From the NCBI GenBank assembly GCA_964655225.1, contig CAZZMB010000007.1, forward strand, positions 15,351 to 64,407: a DNA stretch of 49,057 nt, written 5' to 3'. Position 1 is the stretch's first letter; each line of letters starts with the position of its first letter. The notes under the pieces are model-generated. The model ran no database searches. It was not told the origin of the DNA and saw only the letters and a program-made list of their open reading frames with translations. Of the stretch, positions 46,706-49,057 are shown piece after piece. The stretch comes from an uncultured Chitinophagales bacterium (GTDB lineage Bacteria; Bacteroidota; Bacteroidia; Chitinophagales; UBA8649). Made by a program: the position numbers and the translations under genes.

Positions 46706-47638
46706 CTAAATAATTTCCTTTTCTGCTAAAAATCGTTCAGCTTCTAAAGCTGCCATGCATCCTGTACCTGCAGCAGTAACTGCTTGTCTGAAGACGCTAT
46801 CTTGCAGATCACCGCAAGCATATACCCCCTCCACGTTGGTTTGAGAAGAATCTGCTTTGGTCAACACATAACCTACGTCATCGGTATCTAGGAAATCCTT
46901 AAATACATCAGAATTTGGTTTGTGTCCAATAGCTACGAAAAAGCCAGCTATAGGAATTTCTTTTTTATCCCCCGTTTTATTATTCAAAATTCGAACGCCT
47001 TCAACCTCTTCAGCACCTAAAATTTCATCTGTTTCTGTATTCCAATATACCTCAATATTCTTAGTCTTCAGTACACGATCTTGCATAATTTTAGAAGCTC
47101 TCATTTCATCCCTTCTCACTAACATGTGTACCTTAGTACAAAGTTTTGAAAGGTATAAAGCCTCTTCTGCAGCAGTATCGCCTGCACCTACAATTCCTAC
47201 TTCAGTGTTCTTATAAAAAAAGCCATCACACACAGCGCATGCTGAAACTCCTCTTCCGTTAAGTCGCTTTTCAGATTCAATACCTAGCCACTTCGCTGAG
47301 GCACCTGTCGCTAAAATAACAGTTTCTGCTTGGACTTGCTTTTCATCATCAATAGTCAAAATGAAAGGTCGCTTTGAAAAATCTACCTTAGTAATCATTC
47401 CGTATCGGATATCCGTACCAAAGCGTTCTGCTTGAGCTTTAAAGTCATTCATCATTTGAGGCCCCATTACTCCATCAGCATAACCGGGATAATTCTCCAC
47501 ATCTGTTGTTTGCATTAACTGACCGCCAGGCTCCAAGCCCATGTACATAATAGGTTTCATATTTGCTCTTGCCGCGTATATCGCAGCGGTATAACCTGCT
47601 GGTCCTGAACCTACGATTATTACATTGTGTTTTTCCAT
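46706..47638 (-). CDS. trxB: Thioredoxin-disulfide reductase
   Basis: GSGPAGYTAAIY, GGQL-x2-TT-x-VENYPG, CAVCDG, GAGDTA and RQAVTAAG motifs. Confidence 0.97.
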   Translation of the reverse strand: MEKHNVIIVGSGPAGYTAAIYAARANMKPIMYMGLEPGGQLMQTTDVENYPGYADGVMGPQMMNDFKAQAERFGTDIRYGMITKVDFSKRPFILTIDDEKQVQAETVILATGASAKWLGIESEKRLNGRGVSACAVCDGFFYKNTEVGIVGAGDTAAEEALYLSKLCTKVHMLVRRDEMRASKIMQDRVLKTKNIEVYWNTETDEILGAEEVEGVRILNNKTGDKKEIPIAGFFVAIGHKPNSDVFKDFLDTDDVGYVLTKADSSQTNVEGVYACGDLQDSVFRQAVTAAGTGCMAALEAERFLAEKEII

Positions 47639-47656
47639 TCTTATATTGTATTTGGG

Positions 47657-48679
47657 TTATTGTATTGTTAATGTTGTATAGCTGGTATTGTATCCTGCCC
47701 ATATTCCAATACCGCCATTTAGATTACTCTGTATTTTCGTAGCGGAAGAAAAAGGTGTATCTCCACCATCATTAAAGACAGAGAACCAAAAATTATAAGT
47801 CGCCTCATCTATATTTTGCCATTTCAAGGTAAGCTCATCACCTACCTCAAATAAGCCTAAAACACCTATCTCGGGGTCTTCATTGTCAGCATATCCACGT
47901 AATAGAGGTAAATCGATGGTTCCGCTACCTGCATATATCCCGTTGTCAGATAAACCTCCAGCAAAATAATCGGGGATATAAAATGCCGCGGTATCGCTTC
48001 TTCGATTGGAGAGTAAAACAAATGCATCAAAATTATTTGGGACCGTAAGGTTGACATTAACCTCTGCATAATTGGGGTAATCGGCGCTCATGGTATAGCT
48101 GAGAAAGTTTATATCCTGTTTGATAGGTATCGTGGTGTAAGCATTTAACTGTTTTCCGTCAACTTCAATATTTAGTTCATAGCCTATTCCACCCATGCCG
48201 ATTAGGGTATTTGTGGTATCTATATAGAAATTTAAACTATTAACATACTGAATGAAAGTACTATCCTGAACGTTTTCAGCAAATGCCAATTGCTGTTCTA
48301 AAGTAAACCCTGCCAACTGGCCCGCAAACTGACCGAAAAAGCGAGGAATTTGATTAGCATCAAGAAACTGATCCAGCAAATCACTAGGCAAATCGAACAA
48401 GCTTTGTTCAACTAATTGAACCACATTACCCCCGACAGCATTAACCCTTATTGTGGCGTCTCGTACCGTTAATGAATCAGCTAAAGTGGCCTGATTAAAT
48501 GTCCCGTAACCAGAAAATTGTTTTGAAAGTGTTACTAGAGGACCTGAACCATCATATATCCATGCTTCCACCACAAAATCAATTTCTCCTGGACTAATAT
48601 CCAAGATAATCTCTTTTTCACAAGAAAAAACCAGTACTGAGCTAATTAGAATGGATATGGCAAACAAAAGATTTCTCAT
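47657..48679 (-). CDS. DUF4249-like lipoprotein, partner of the TonB-dependent receptor
   Basis: VFSC lipobox, VVEAWI, A-x-TTIP and C-terminal SNLNGGIGIWAG; directly downstream of the TBDR. Confidence 0.8.
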   Translation of the reverse strand: MRNLLFAISILISSVLVFSCEKEIILDISPGEIDFVVEAWIYDGSGPLVTLSKQFSGYGTFNQATLADSLTVRDATIRVNAVGGNVVQLVEQSLFDLPSDLLDQFLDANQIPRFFGQFAGQLAGFTLEQQLAFAENVQDSTFIQYVNSLNFYIDTTNTLIGMGGIGYELNIEVDGKQLNAYTTIPIKQDINFLSYTMSADYPNYAEVNVNLTVPNNFDAFVLLSNRRSDTAAFYIPDYFAGGLSDNGIYAGSGTIDLPLLRGYADNEDPEIGVLGLFEVGDELTLKWQNIDEATYNFWFSVFNDGGDTPFSSATKIQSNLNGGIGIWAGYNTSYTTLTIQ

Positions 48680-48681
48680 AA

Positions 48682-49057
48682 CTAATATTTAAAATTCCAG
48701 GTTATTGTAGGTAAGATAGGGAATAAAGAGACTTGTCTAGCTTGAATAGCAATATCCCCATTATCTGAAAAATTAACATCATCAAAAATAAAATAAGGAT
48801 TTTGACGACTGTATAAATTGTAAACAGAAAAATTGACGTCAGAATATCGCTTACTATTATCTTTTAAAATATAAGATGCTCCTATATCCATACGATGGTA
48901 CGCCGGCAGCCTAAAACTATTTCTCTCCCCGTACTCATTGACTATTTCTCCAGATATTAAATATCGATTAACGACAGGTGTTGTAGTTTGTCCTGAGCCA
49001 TAAACAAACGTAGCATTCAAATTCCACCGATCATTAATGTCATATTGGAAGACCACT
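48682..49057 (-). CDS. TonB-dependent receptor, C-terminal end (5'-truncated by window edge)
   Basis: RLPAYHRMD, SVYNLYSRQNP and terminal strand PTITWNFKY. Confidence 0.88.
   Translation of the reverse strand, partial: VVFQYDINDRWNLNATFVYGSGQTTTPVVNRYLISGEIVNEYGERNSFRLPAYHRMDIGASYILKDNSKRYSDVNFSVYNLYSRQNPYFIFDDVNFSDNGDIAIQARQVSLFPILPTITWNFKY

Noticed and set aside
2070-48069. Numerous short antisense or alternate-frame ORFs in the track (e.g. 4954-5409, 17985-18413, 43134-43439, 35332-35580)
   Set aside because: They overlap well-supported genes or AT-rich spacers and lack recognisable motifs; treated as shadow ORFs
1-49057. CRISPR array, IS element, prophage, riboswitch or tandem-repeat array
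   Set aside because: No regularly spaced repeats, transposase/integrase/phage ORFs or recognisable riboswitch motifs seen by eye; an Rfam scan of spacers 6997-7227, 35310-35515 and 37927-38136 would be needed to fully exclude ncRNAs

Overview
This is an AT-rich, gene-dense Bacteroidota chromosomal segment, probably Chitinophagales-like. Lineage evidence: T9SS C-terminal-domain proteins, porX, an lpxC-fabZ fusion, mevalonate genes and TAnnTTTG promoters. Most of it is core and envelope housekeeping: tilS, etfBA, a DUF151 nuclease plus CNT nucleoside transporter, an HD-lpxD-lpxC/fabZ-lpxA-ABC-fabD run, porX-tsaE-ald-like, a nine-gene nucleotide-sugar cluster, waaA, tRNA-Met, mevalonate genes, coaD-rsmD, MATE, rhomboid, an Ntn acylase and a TBDR-DUF4249-trxB-START-gpx-bshB1-ABC run. 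I saw no IS, integrase, prophage, CRISPR array or clear defence system, and I cannot claim a definite new system. The best leads are: (1) a decayed 5'-half copy of tRNA-Met between its promoter and the intact gene; (2) a recurring TAnnTTTG-N4-ATG layout suggesting leaderless mRNAs; (3) a permease-less ABC ATPase with H-loop His->Asn in the lipid A operon; (4) a lipoprotein-like domain fused to the CNT transporter; (5) an Ald-like protein lacking the canonical catalytic Lys; (6) a putative thiol/lipid-peroxide operon; (7) a 24-bp palindrome upstream of porX. All family calls come from motif recognition by eye, not from database searches.
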